Positions 19,055-27,167 of a stretch of DNA of 64,000 nt are shown in pieces. This DNA is from Planctomycetota bacterium (lineage in GTDB: Bacteria > Planctomycetota > PLA2 > JAEUHO01). Position numbers and translations under genes: made by a program. The stretch is from assembly GCA_965222115.1 (NCBI GenBank), contig CBDCTJ010000001.1, forward strand, positions 591,638 to 655,637, given 5' to 3'. Under the pieces are notes generated by a model that saw only the letters and a program-made list of their open reading frames with translations, was not told the DNA's origin and did no database searches. Within the stretch, counting starts at the first letter, position 1, and each line of letters starts with the position of its first letter.

Positions 19055-19591
19055 TTAATGACGCGCCATGCCCCTAAAAATTGAATTGGACGAATTCGAG
19101 CGCCTCAACGCGCGAGCAGCTCTGTCAATGCACCTACGAAATGCACTTGGATGTATTCCAAGTAGCCGAGCAGCACCGTCAATGGATTCGGACGCCATGT
19201 AAGCATCGAGCGCTTCCCGTTGACGACCCGTAAGTTGCTCACCACGGGAACGTACAACATCACGCAGACTTACCATGCCCCTTGATTGCCGCATCGGCAT
19301 CGACTCACTTGCCGCGATGGAGTCGTGTGCATTTCGACTTAGTACCCGCACCTGCTCCCTCGCAACATTCCGCGCCACCATTCGCAACCATCCGTCCGAC
19401 TCAAGCTTCTCCGAATCGTCCTCCGCACTCACATAGCGCTCCCACACTCGAACACACGTCTCCTGCAGCACATCTTGTTGATCGTGAGGCTGAAGGCGAT
19501 AACGCCTCGCCTCTTGATCACAGAGCTGCGCAAGTCTCGGGAGCCTCTGCTCGAACTCCCTAGCTCTCACCCGAAGACTTCCATTCTTCAT
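19055..19591 (-). CDS. ECF-type sigma-70 factor
   Basis: Region 2 DQQDVLQET..GWLRMVARN; region 4 LTGRQREAL..AARLLGI; start uncertain (19591 or 19693). Confidence 0.8.
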   Translation of the reverse strand: MKNGSLRVRAREFEQRLPRLAQLCDQEARRYRLQPHDQQDVLQETCVRVWERYVSAEDDSEKLESDGWLRMVARNVAREQVRVLSRNAHDSIAASESMPMRQSRGMVSLRDVVRSRGEQLTGRQREALDAYMASESIDGAARLLGIHPSAFRRCIDRAARALRRSNSSNSIFRGMARH

Positions 19592-19833
19592 TATCAACAC
19601 CAATCTGTAATCATGAGAAGCACCGATAGACACACCGCTCCCCCACGCGAGCTCAAATCGCGTTCTTTCATGAGCGGCGATAACTTCAACCAACGCGCAC
19701 TACAACGACGGCGCGCAAAGACGCGACCGACTGAGATCACCTACGAGGTGCGACCCTCAATAATCACAAAACCGGATCCCAGCCGGTCGCACAAGTTACT
19801 GTTGCAAGCACACGATCAGGTTTGATCGAAGCG

Positions 19834-20796
19834 CTACGCGTCACCCCCATGGGCCTCGTCACGTGGCGACGCATTCGACGCAGACTCCTGCGCGCGCCGG
19901 CGAAGCGCTGCTAACCGATTCGAAAATCGCAGGCGATCGTTCTTCACTTCACGTAGCCATGCACTCGCTTCCGCTCGATGAGGCTCGGGCAGCGAGAGAA
20001 CAACACGTCGAGCTTCGTCAGCAAGGCCACTCGCAGATAACAAGCCAACTCCTCGCTCACGCGCGTACTGGAACGCGTCGAAGTCCAGGTCGATTGTGGC
20101 TGGCAAGTTGTGGCGATTCTTGGCGTCCCATGCGTTGCTTCGCTCGGTGTGGAGCACACGCCGGCACGGCTCGTTCTCGCTTCCGGACTTCGCGTCGGAC
20201 AATCCACACGAAATGTAGTTCGCAAAGAGAAGCATGTCGCACCAGTCCTTGATCAAACCGTAGCACTTGGGATGGAGCCGTCCTTCGTAGCGCGCGTAGT
20301 CGTCGCCGAGTGGATTGGCGAAGTTCTTGGTTCCCACATGGGCAATCGAGATGATCTCAATGCCGTTGAGGGTGCGCAGTGCATCGAGCATTCGCAGCAA
20401 ACGGCGCCACTCGGAAAGGGCGGCAATGTACCCCTTACCGTAACCAGGGGTTTCAATCGACTCCCACCCATAGAGTTCGCACAGGTGATCCCAAATCAGA
20501 CACTCGACCCAGTCGAGCGAATCAAGAACCAGCGTCTTGTAGTCGGATTCGGCAACGGCGGCCACGGCATCCAACACGTCGCTAAAGGTCTTGGCTTCGG
20601 GGAAGCGAGGCACATCGAGGTAGCGCAGGCCATCCTCGGATGAAATAAACACAGGACTGGGGAACTTGCTAGCAAACGTCGATTTGCCCACACCCTCTAC
20701 ACCCTGCAATACGATGCGATCGGCACCAGGCCGTATGCCACGCGTGACACGCGTGAGCGTCATCCTTTTCCGCGGACTGACAACACTGTTCATCAT
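19834..20796 (-). CDS. Phage AAA_24 family ATP-binding protein (Sak4-like)
   Basis: GVEGVGKST, TLVLDSLDW, GYGKGY, IAH, DWCD, AKNR motifs. Confidence 0.9.
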   Translation of the reverse strand: MMNSVVSPRKRMTLTRVTRGIRPGADRIVLQGVEGVGKSTFASKFPSPVFISSEDGLRYLDVPRFPEAKTFSDVLDAVAAVAESDYKTLVLDSLDWVECLIWDHLCELYGWESIETPGYGKGYIAALSEWRRLLRMLDALRTLNGIEIISIAHVGTKNFANPLGDDYARYEGRLHPKCYGLIKDWCDMLLFANYISCGLSDAKSGSENEPCRRVLHTERSNAWDAKNRHNLPATIDLDFDAFQYARERGVGLLSASGLADEARRVVLSLPEPHRAEASAWLREVKNDRLRFSNRLAALRRRAQESASNASPRDEAHGGDA

Positions 20797-20875
20797 GTTT
20801 TGATCTCCATCTCGATTGGGTCATACGTCGTTAAAGTGAAAGCGCGCAATACCACTGCGCGCGAAAGACATGGGG

Positions 20876-21277
20876 TCATGGGTCGCACTCGTTTTCGATG
20901 TGATGCAGCACGGCTCCTTCAAACCACTTGCGGCGCCCGCTCTGACTGGCGGAATCGACCTTGACGAGTCGGCATCCGACTTGTAGCGACTCAAACCGCT
21001 TCCAATAGCGGTACCAATGCTGCCGAGTCATGCCGAGCTGCGCCGCGCACCAGGTGGCATCGCGCAACGGAAGCGTGCAATAGTCAGGTAGTTCAGTAGC
21101 GCGCGCGTTTGGCTCGACGTCATGCGTTGATCGCCCACTTCCAACAGCGACCTGATTCATCGCATCGGCATCGACGCCTGTTCGATCACATGGTGTTCGG
21201 TCACGTGGCGTTCGATCTCCCGGATCCGGAAGCCCGGCGGACAGCTCGTGTGGCAGATGGGGTTGTTCAGCGTACAT
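20876..21277 (-). CDS. Cro/AlpA/excisionase-like HTH protein
   Basis: C-terminal WCAAQLGMTRQHWYR...RKW; divergent from the repressor. Confidence 0.5.
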   Translation of the reverse strand: MYAEQPHLPHELSAGLPDPGDRTPRDRTPCDRTGVDADAMNQVAVGSGRSTHDVEPNARATELPDYCTLPLRDATWCAAQLGMTRQHWYRYWKRFESLQVGCRLVKVDSASQSGRRKWFEGAVLHHIENECDP

Positions 21278-21398
21278 ATCAACACACTAACGTATTTTTG
21301 CCTCACTGTCGAGCATATTTACCTTTTTTATGTATTTAGATACGGTAAATTAGTCCTAATCGGTTGACATCTCGCGCCCCTGCCCTTGGAGTCTCTTC
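21278..21398. promoter_or_regulatory. AT-rich divergent promoter/operator region
   Basis: ATTTACC (21317-21323) / GGTAAAT (21344-21350) inverted repeat between divergent HTH genes. Confidence 0.5.
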
Positions 21399-21782
21399 GT
21401 GAGTACAACGAAAGAATGGCCCTGGCACGCCAAGATTCAGGCCGAGCGCGGGCGCCGGGGCTGGACCTATGCCCACGTAGCGCGACGGGTAAAGGAGGAG
21501 TCGAGCCTCACTCGTCGCTGGCTGCGGGGAGAGACGCGACCTCGTGGTGACGTCATTCCGAAGTTTGCAAAGCTCATGGGCTGGCCCATTGCCTATTTGA
21601 TGGATGAGAACAAACCGTATCCGCCGGAGATGGACGACGACTGGCGAGAAGCGGTCCTGGATGGCCTTGATGAGCATCGTACGCGCCTCATGAATGCGAT
21701 GGCGGATGATCAGGCCGTGGCGTATCTGGTGAAGGCGCTTGATCAGTTTGAGGATCTTCGCGAGTCGTTGGGCGAGGATTAG
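21399..21782 (+). CDS. XRE-family repressor
   Basis: RGWTYAHVARRV..SLTRRWLRGETRP..IAYLM HTH; GGAG RBS, GTG start. Confidence 0.85.
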   Translation: MSTTKEWPWHAKIQAERGRRGWTYAHVARRVKEESSLTRRWLRGETRPRGDVIPKFAKLMGWPIAYLMDENKPYPPEMDDDWREAVLDGLDEHRTRLMNAMADDQAVAYLVKALDQFEDLRESLGED

Positions 21783-22296
21783 GTGTGTAGCAGCGACTTG
21801 CCTTGAAGGCTTCACGCGGCGCCGCGACAATGGCGACCCATTGACGAATTACATACTGTCGGATGGCAATCTGGCGCGCCCGATCTTCAGGCGTTGAGCC
21901 CGCGCTCAATGAGGCTCCGTGCGCTACGAGCCGATCCTTGGAGTCTATGAGGCTGGCGGAATCTTCGCGTGCATGTTTACCGTAATCAGGATCTCGCCGC
22001 CGGTCCGATTGCTTACCAACGCTGTTTTCCTTGGATTCGTTGGATTCATTAGAATCACTACCGCCGCTCTCTCGTCCGCGTTTGTTTGACACATGTGCTT
22101 CGTTTCCGGCCGCTTTCCCTCTCACCTAAGAGGGCCGAGAGGTTCCCAATGGCTCTCTGCGGAGGAACCATCTTAGGCATGGGGGCGACACTAACAAAAT
22201 ACTAATCAAGTGTTTGACCAATTTACTCAATATATTGTGGGCAATGGACTTATGTCTACTACTCAGAGTGCCTGATCTCTCCAGGAGAACCTCAGA

Positions 22297-23058
22297 CTAC
22301 TCGCCTCGTAGGCGCTCAACCTCCCGCTCCAGGTCGGCAACCCGAGCGGCGATCGAGGGGTGACCGTCCATGAGTTGATGTGCCCGGAACGCAGTCTCAA
22401 GCGTCGAGATCTTGGCGTACACCTTGTCCAGATCACGCTCCGCTTCGGGCCGACCGTAGTCCTCGTTTTCTACGTCCTTCAACCGTGCGGCTAAGGCCCC
22501 GAGCTCTCGTAGGGCATCGGATCGAGTGAAGCGATTCCCGCCAATGTCGGCGAGTGTTTCTTCCGCGTGATTCAAGCGAGTTCGCAACTCACGCATCGGA
22601 CCATTCGTAACGCGTTTCTCAACATTATCGATGGCTTGACTGAGCAGCTCTTTGGTTGCAGCAAGTTGCATCTTGTGATTTCGCTCCCACCCCGCGGTGC
22701 GGACTTCAAGCTGACGAAACGCTTCGTCTTCGCGACCGTCTTCCCGAGCACGCACGAGGTCGGCCGCATGGCTGACCTGAAGGGAAGACTCGTGACGTGC
22801 AAGCGTATCGATATAGCCTGTGGCTCCGAGCCGCACAATCGCCGTGGTAACGGACATGACAAGACCTGCCGCGCCAATGATCCAACCCCAGTTGATGGGA
22901 CGACGCGAATGCTCCGCGAGTTCTTTGAGCTCGCGAGCAAGCTTTTCAAAGTTGCGCTCCAAGTTTCCGAGTCCTGCTTGAACCTCGGCTTTGAACGACT
23001 CGAGATCGGTCTTGAGGCTGCCTATGCTGGTGTTCTTCGATGTTGTGCTAGTTGCCAT
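22297..23058 (-). CDS. Single-TM coiled-coil protein (phage lysis-cassette-like)
   Basis: N-terminal coiled coil, INWGWIIGAAG TM helix, long C-terminal coiled coil. Confidence 0.7.
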   Translation of the reverse strand: MATSTTSKNTSIGSLKTDLESFKAEVQAGLGNLERNFEKLARELKELAEHSRRPINWGWIIGAAGLVMSVTTAIVRLGATGYIDTLARHESSLQVSHAADLVRAREDGREDEAFRQLEVRTAGWERNHKMQLAATKELLSQAIDNVEKRVTNGPMRELRTRLNHAEETLADIGGNRFTRSDALRELGALAARLKDVENEDYGRPEAERDLDKVYAKISTLETAFRAHQLMDGHPSIAARVADLEREVERLRGE

Positions 23059-23386
23059 AGTGTTCATCCCCCACGGGTGCCTCTGCACGAGATGACGCTA
23101 CGTGTGCCTCGCGCACCGCTTGATCGATGGCCTCTTCTGCACGCCAGACACGAACGCTTGGCTTCGTGCGATGGTCGTAGAGCAGCTTGAGCCAAACGCC
23201 GAGGAGTGATCCCAACCCCGCCGACCACTTGATCCATGGCAACTCAGGCCAGAAATGAGCGGCGACGAGCGCAAAGAAGCCGAGCGTGGCGATACACGCG
23301 GGCGGAAATCCACTACGCATCCATAGTGACGATGGCTTGGGTCTACATGCATGGCTTACAGGCTCGTGGTTCATTTTCGTTTCCAT
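23048..23386 (-). CDS. Two-TM small membrane protein (holin-like)
   Basis: Two hydrophobic helices and a charged tail; overlaps both neighbours. Confidence 0.55.
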   Translation of the reverse strand: METKMNHEPVSHACRPKPSSLWMRSGFPPACIATLGFFALVAAHFWPELPWIKWSAGLGSLLGVWLKLLYDHRTKPSVRVWRAEEAIDQAVREAHVASSRAEAPVGDEHYGN

Positions 23387-23838
23387 AATCCGTATCCAAG
23401 TACCTGGCCGTTCTCTGACGTCATGCGCAGCGTCCGCTTATCGCCAGCGCTTCCGGAAACCGGCCACCATGAATGGGTCGTGGTCCCATCGCGCTGAAGA
23501 GTTACGTCGTTCTCCGGTCTTCCGATTGACTCGCGAAACGCATCTACCGTTTCTGCGCGCGCGGCGGCCCGCACGCGATCGTAGGGAATCGCGTCATTTG
23601 GAAGTGGTCCGCTCTCTTGATCGGGAGGTGGAACTACTTCCGGTATCGGTATCAAGTCGGGCTCAAAGATCACGTCGGGATTGGGTGTCGGGGGAGAGAC
23701 ATCGGGCGCGGGTTCGATGTGGGGTTCAACCGGTGGATCGACGACCACAATCTCGGGTTGCGTAGTGCACGCAAACGTCGCGAATGCGAACACCAGCACT
23801 ACGCTTCGCTTGATCAGACTTGCTGACTCGTATGTCAT
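23371..23838 (-). CDS. Pro-rich lipoprotein
   Basis: GGAGG RBS; lipobox TFAC; Pro-rich linker. Confidence 0.7.
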   Translation of the reverse strand: MTYESASLIKRSVVLVFAFATFACTTQPEIVVVDPPVEPHIEPAPDVSPPTPNPDVIFEPDLIPIPEVVPPPDQESGPLPNDAIPYDRVRAAARAETVDAFRESIGRPENDVTLQRDGTTTHSWWPVSGSAGDKRTLRMTSENGQVLGYGLWKRK

Positions 23839-23839
23839 C

Positions 23840-24676
23840 TCAAACCTCCACCGACAGGGGCTTCAACGGCGCCCACGATTCCCAAACGAATTCGTTCTCC
23901 CAAACATCGAACGGAATCCATGCGAAACACGGCGGCAGATCGTCGCCCATCACGGGGTGCGAGATCCCCCACCCATTCCAAGAGTTCATTTCTAGAAACG
24001 CGCCGCGTCGTCGTGCACTTGTCGCTACGTATTCGCGGTCGTACCCCACGATCTGCGTGCAATGACCGCCAAGCATGGCACCCCGAGCACCTTCATGCAC
24101 ACCCGTACGTCCCACACGCTCGGTATTGGCATAGACACCGCGCCCAATCACCACCGGACGTGCGGGAAGTCCATCGAGTCCGGCGAGTGCGGCGGCAACT
24201 TGCGTTGCACGTCGAAGATAGGACCAACCCACACGATGAAGCGGGCGCTCCAACGTTGCAGCCTCCGGCGGCAAATCGGTTGTGACGCGACTGGGGTCGT
24301 AGGGCCATGCGGCTTCGCTACACGTTCCGTACTCGCCGATCCAGCGCGCGACATGATGCAGATAGGCACCGCGATCGCGCTTGTGAGCGTTCCCACCCTC
24401 CAATAAACGACCGCCGTAGTAGACATCCATTCGCGACACATCAACCGATGCACCGGTTTGCTGCTTGGTAAAGGTCTCAAGTGCGCCGCCGAATCCATGC
24501 GCGGTACACGAACCAGCATGTTCTTGAAACTGTGCGCGCCACAGTGGCAGTAATACGCGCATAGGCAGCGAACTCATGCGAGTCGAGCGCGCTAGCCTGC
24601 GCGTGCGAGGAAGAGACGTCTTCGGTGTGGGCCCTTTGACGCCGCCAATCGGAAGCATCGATACGTCGATAGCCAT
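23840..24676 (-). CDS. Papain-like cysteine peptidase (C1 family)
   Basis: QEHAGSC, GGHCTQIVGYD, NSWNGWG catalytic motifs. Confidence 0.9.
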   Translation of the reverse strand: MAIDVSMLPIGGVKGPTPKTSLPRTRRLARSTRMSSLPMRVLLPLWRAQFQEHAGSCTAHGFGGALETFTKQQTGASVDVSRMDVYYGGRLLEGGNAHKRDRGAYLHHVARWIGEYGTCSEAAWPYDPSRVTTDLPPEAATLERPLHRVGWSYLRRATQVAAALAGLDGLPARPVVIGRGVYANTERVGRTGVHEGARGAMLGGHCTQIVGYDREYVATSARRRGAFLEMNSWNGWGISHPVMGDDLPPCFAWIPFDVWENEFVWESWAPLKPLSVEV

Positions 24677-24686
24677 GCGATCACGC

Positions 24687-25187
24687 CTACTTCATGAACG
24701 CATGCGGATCGTCCGCAGACGTCGTGCATGTCGGACACAAGTTTCCCGCAGCAGTTCGCTCCGCAGAAGGCGCTGGTGATTCGACCGCAGGCGCAATGGC
24801 TTGGACGAGGCCCAATGAAATAGTCTCATCGGACATGGAGTAGCTCATTGGCAGAGGCGCGCATGGATCCGTTGGGGCACGCGCGGGGGGTGCCGCAGGC
24901 AACGAATAGGGAGCAGCCGGATAGGACACAACACGCTGCACAGCTCGCGTCTGAGCGAACGATGCGCGTTCAACCATGGGACGTGCATCCGTACACGTAC
25001 CGCCAATGCAGAACTTGCATCCAAACACAGGATCTCGAACACACAGACCATTGATCGTCTCGCCGACAACGGTCTGAACGTCAAGTGCTGTAGCGCGCTG
25101 GGTTGCGGGCGGCGCACTCTGCATCGTCGTACAGGCCGTGGCCATAGACAATGCGAAACCAACCAGTATCAATCGAACAAAGAACAT
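24687..25187 (-). CDS. Cys-rich lipoprotein
   Basis: GGAGG RBS 25194-25198; lipobox ATAC; CxxC pairs. Confidence 0.65.
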   Translation of the reverse strand: MFFVRLILVGFALSMATACTTMQSAPPATQRATALDVQTVVGETINGLCVRDPVFGCKFCIGGTCTDARPMVERASFAQTRAVQRVVSYPAAPYSLPAAPPARAPTDPCAPLPMSYSMSDETISLGLVQAIAPAVESPAPSAERTAAGNLCPTCTTSADDPHAFMK

Positions 25188-25380
25188 AATCATCCTCCGC
25201 AATCGGAGGGTCGCACGGTTCTTATACGCGCTTGGTCAGAGAGAGGTTCCCCTCTTTTACTGTTCTCTCATAGCGACCGCGTAAGGGGAAGTATCTCGAA
25301 AGCTCATTAGATGATTCATCTGCACTCGAACGCAAGGGTCGATCTCGCTAAAGCGCTGCAATGTGCTGCACGAAAGGGGA

Positions 25381-25500
25381 CCGTAGAGCCCGCCTTTTTC
25401 GCAGCACGGTTTTCCGTGACTGATCTATAGAGGAGCTACCGGCCTTTTCGTTCCATCTCGGTATCCAGTACCCGGCATCCATCTCGATATCCTCGTATCC
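25381..25500. repeat. Conserved arm plus four stacked junction-motif variants
   Basis: CATCTCGGTATCC, CCCGGCATCC, ATCTCGATATCC, TCGTATCC in tandem at 25454-25500. Confidence 0.8.
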
Positions 25501-25508
25501 GTTGGTGA

Positions 25509-26003
25509 TTAACGGCTGGTGACGAATCCCCAAGAACTGCTTCGTTGCGGCTCCCATGAGATCTTCCCATCTGCATCACGACGAACCATTGTGACCAATC
25601 CGCCACCGCCATCAACCGCTCGAACTCGAATCTCAAACTCACCGTCGTACTCATTTATGCCACTCGGAATCACCGCCCACACCTCTAGAACTCCTTCATC
25701 AGCGCTGTCCGTAGCCCCAATCCATTTAAGAGATAGAGGATCACTTGGATCCAACGCAAGTGCTTGGACAGCTTCGATCACCCAACGAGATGTCGAGTGG
25801 TCACTTAATATCTTACGACGCTGCGTAATCGTTCTAACCTCCACTTCCAGTACTTTCTTGCGCAAGCACGCTGTCTCATAGTTGGGCTGAGGCTCCCTAT
25901 ACTTGGACGACGTGTCAGTAAGGCATCGTGTGCATGCGCCGCCCTTACAACCTGAAAGTACCAGAGGCAGCAAGACAAGCAGGAAGTTTCCGACGATTCT
26001 CAT
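25509..26003 (-). CDS. Hypothetical lipoprotein
   Basis: Signal peptide with LSGC lipobox. Confidence 0.65.
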   Translation of the reverse strand: MRIVGNFLLVLLPLVLSGCKGGACTRCLTDTSSKYREPQPNYETACLRKKVLEVEVRTITQRRKILSDHSTSRWVIEAVQALALDPSDPLSLKWIGATDSADEGVLEVWAVIPSGINEYDGEFEIRVRAVDGGGGLVTMVRRDADGKISWEPQRSSSWGFVTSR

Positions 26004-26239
26004 TTAGCTATCCATGTCGCGTTGGTGGACTCTGAGTTGAAGGGGGCGGGGTTGGGCGGTCATCGACCTAGCGATCAACGTCGTATTTCGAACGTCATTG
26101 AGTTGGTGAGATTAAACGCGACTTTGCATCCACAAATTGCCTTGGCCGCAGGACTGACTAGCGAGCGGCCTTTCATCCCATCTCGGCATCTACATCGAGC
26201 GGTGAACTCCGGGCCATACCACTTAGAATCGGTCACCCT

Positions 26240-27148
26240 ATGGAATCACGCCCTCCCACCGGACCTAATCACCCGTCGAACGCCCAACTTCGGAGTCGAA
26301 TCGAGACGCTCTTCGATGGTCCTGTTCAGTTTGAGGATCGATCCCGGACGTTCGGGCGCGCCCATGTGGTGTGGCGGGTGTCCACGCACAGCGGCGAGGC
26401 GTTCTTTGCCAAGCAGCACGAATCTCCGCTCCACTTTGGGCGCGCATTGATGGCCCATGAACGATGGTTTCCTGAGCTCAAGCACATTGACAGCCTTGCT
26501 CTCCCCCATGCCGTCGCCGTCGACTACGACCTGCATCTCATCGTTGTGAAGGAGATCGAAGGGCAGATCGTTGACAACGTATCGCCGCACGATCAGTTGA
26601 TCGCAATGCGATTGGCCGGACGAATTTTGCGCGCGGTTCACGATGTCGATGACCGTCTGAATCAAGGGGATTCAGAAGCGGCGCACCGCGCGATGGCCGT
26701 CAAGTATACTGGGATACTCCCGGGAGAAGTGTCTGCGGAAGAAGAGGCATGGATACGTTCAATCGCCTCGGACACGTCCATCTTTCGTCATGCACGAGCG
26801 GTCCCTACTCACGGTGATTTTTCGCCACGCAACTGGATACTTCAGAGTGCAGAGTGTGGGCCAGTACTCGGCGTGATCGACTGGGAGCGCGCTCGTCACC
26901 ATGCTTGGATTCACGACATCGTTCGCATGATGCACGACTACTGGGCGCGGGAGCCTGCAGGGCGTGACGCATTCTTTGCTGGGTATGGTCGCACGCCCAG
27001 CGACGCCGAAGAGCGACAGATCCTCTGGAGCAGTGCGCTAATGGCGGGAGCGAGCGTTGCTTGGGCACGCACATTTGGTGACCGCCACTATGAACAACTT
27101 AATCGCGACTTGCTAGCGCGCCTGATGGCAAGACACCCTCGAATTTGA
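26240..27148 (+). CDS. Aminoglycoside phosphotransferase/choline kinase family protein
   Basis: FFAK, HGDFSPRNW, VIDWE motifs; flanked by inverted junction motifs at 26179-26191 and 27152-27170. Confidence 0.85.
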   Translation: MESRPPTGPNHPSNAQLRSRIETLFDGPVQFEDRSRTFGRAHVVWRVSTHSGEAFFAKQHESPLHFGRALMAHERWFPELKHIDSLALPHAVAVDYDLHLIVVKEIEGQIVDNVSPHDQLIAMRLAGRILRAVHDVDDRLNQGDSEAAHRAMAVKYTGILPGEVSAEEEAWIRSIASDTSIFRHARAVPTHGDFSPRNWILQSAECGPVLGVIDWERARHHAWIHDIVRMMHDYWAREPAGRDAFFAGYGRTPSDAEERQILWSSALMAGASVAWARTFGDRHYEQLNRDLLARLMARHPRI

Positions 27149-27167
27149 GAAAGATACTGAGTCATCT

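Noticed and set aside
21688-22125. 145-aa ORF convergent with the repressor
   Set aside because: Overlaps the repressor 3' end, weak start, no recognisable motif
12724-25187. Intact prophage
   Set aside because: No integrase, terminase, portal, major capsid or tail genes recognisable; no att pair found
25348-25654. Short ORFs across the repeat arm
   Set aside because: They read through non-coding repeats or overlap the lipoprotein gene
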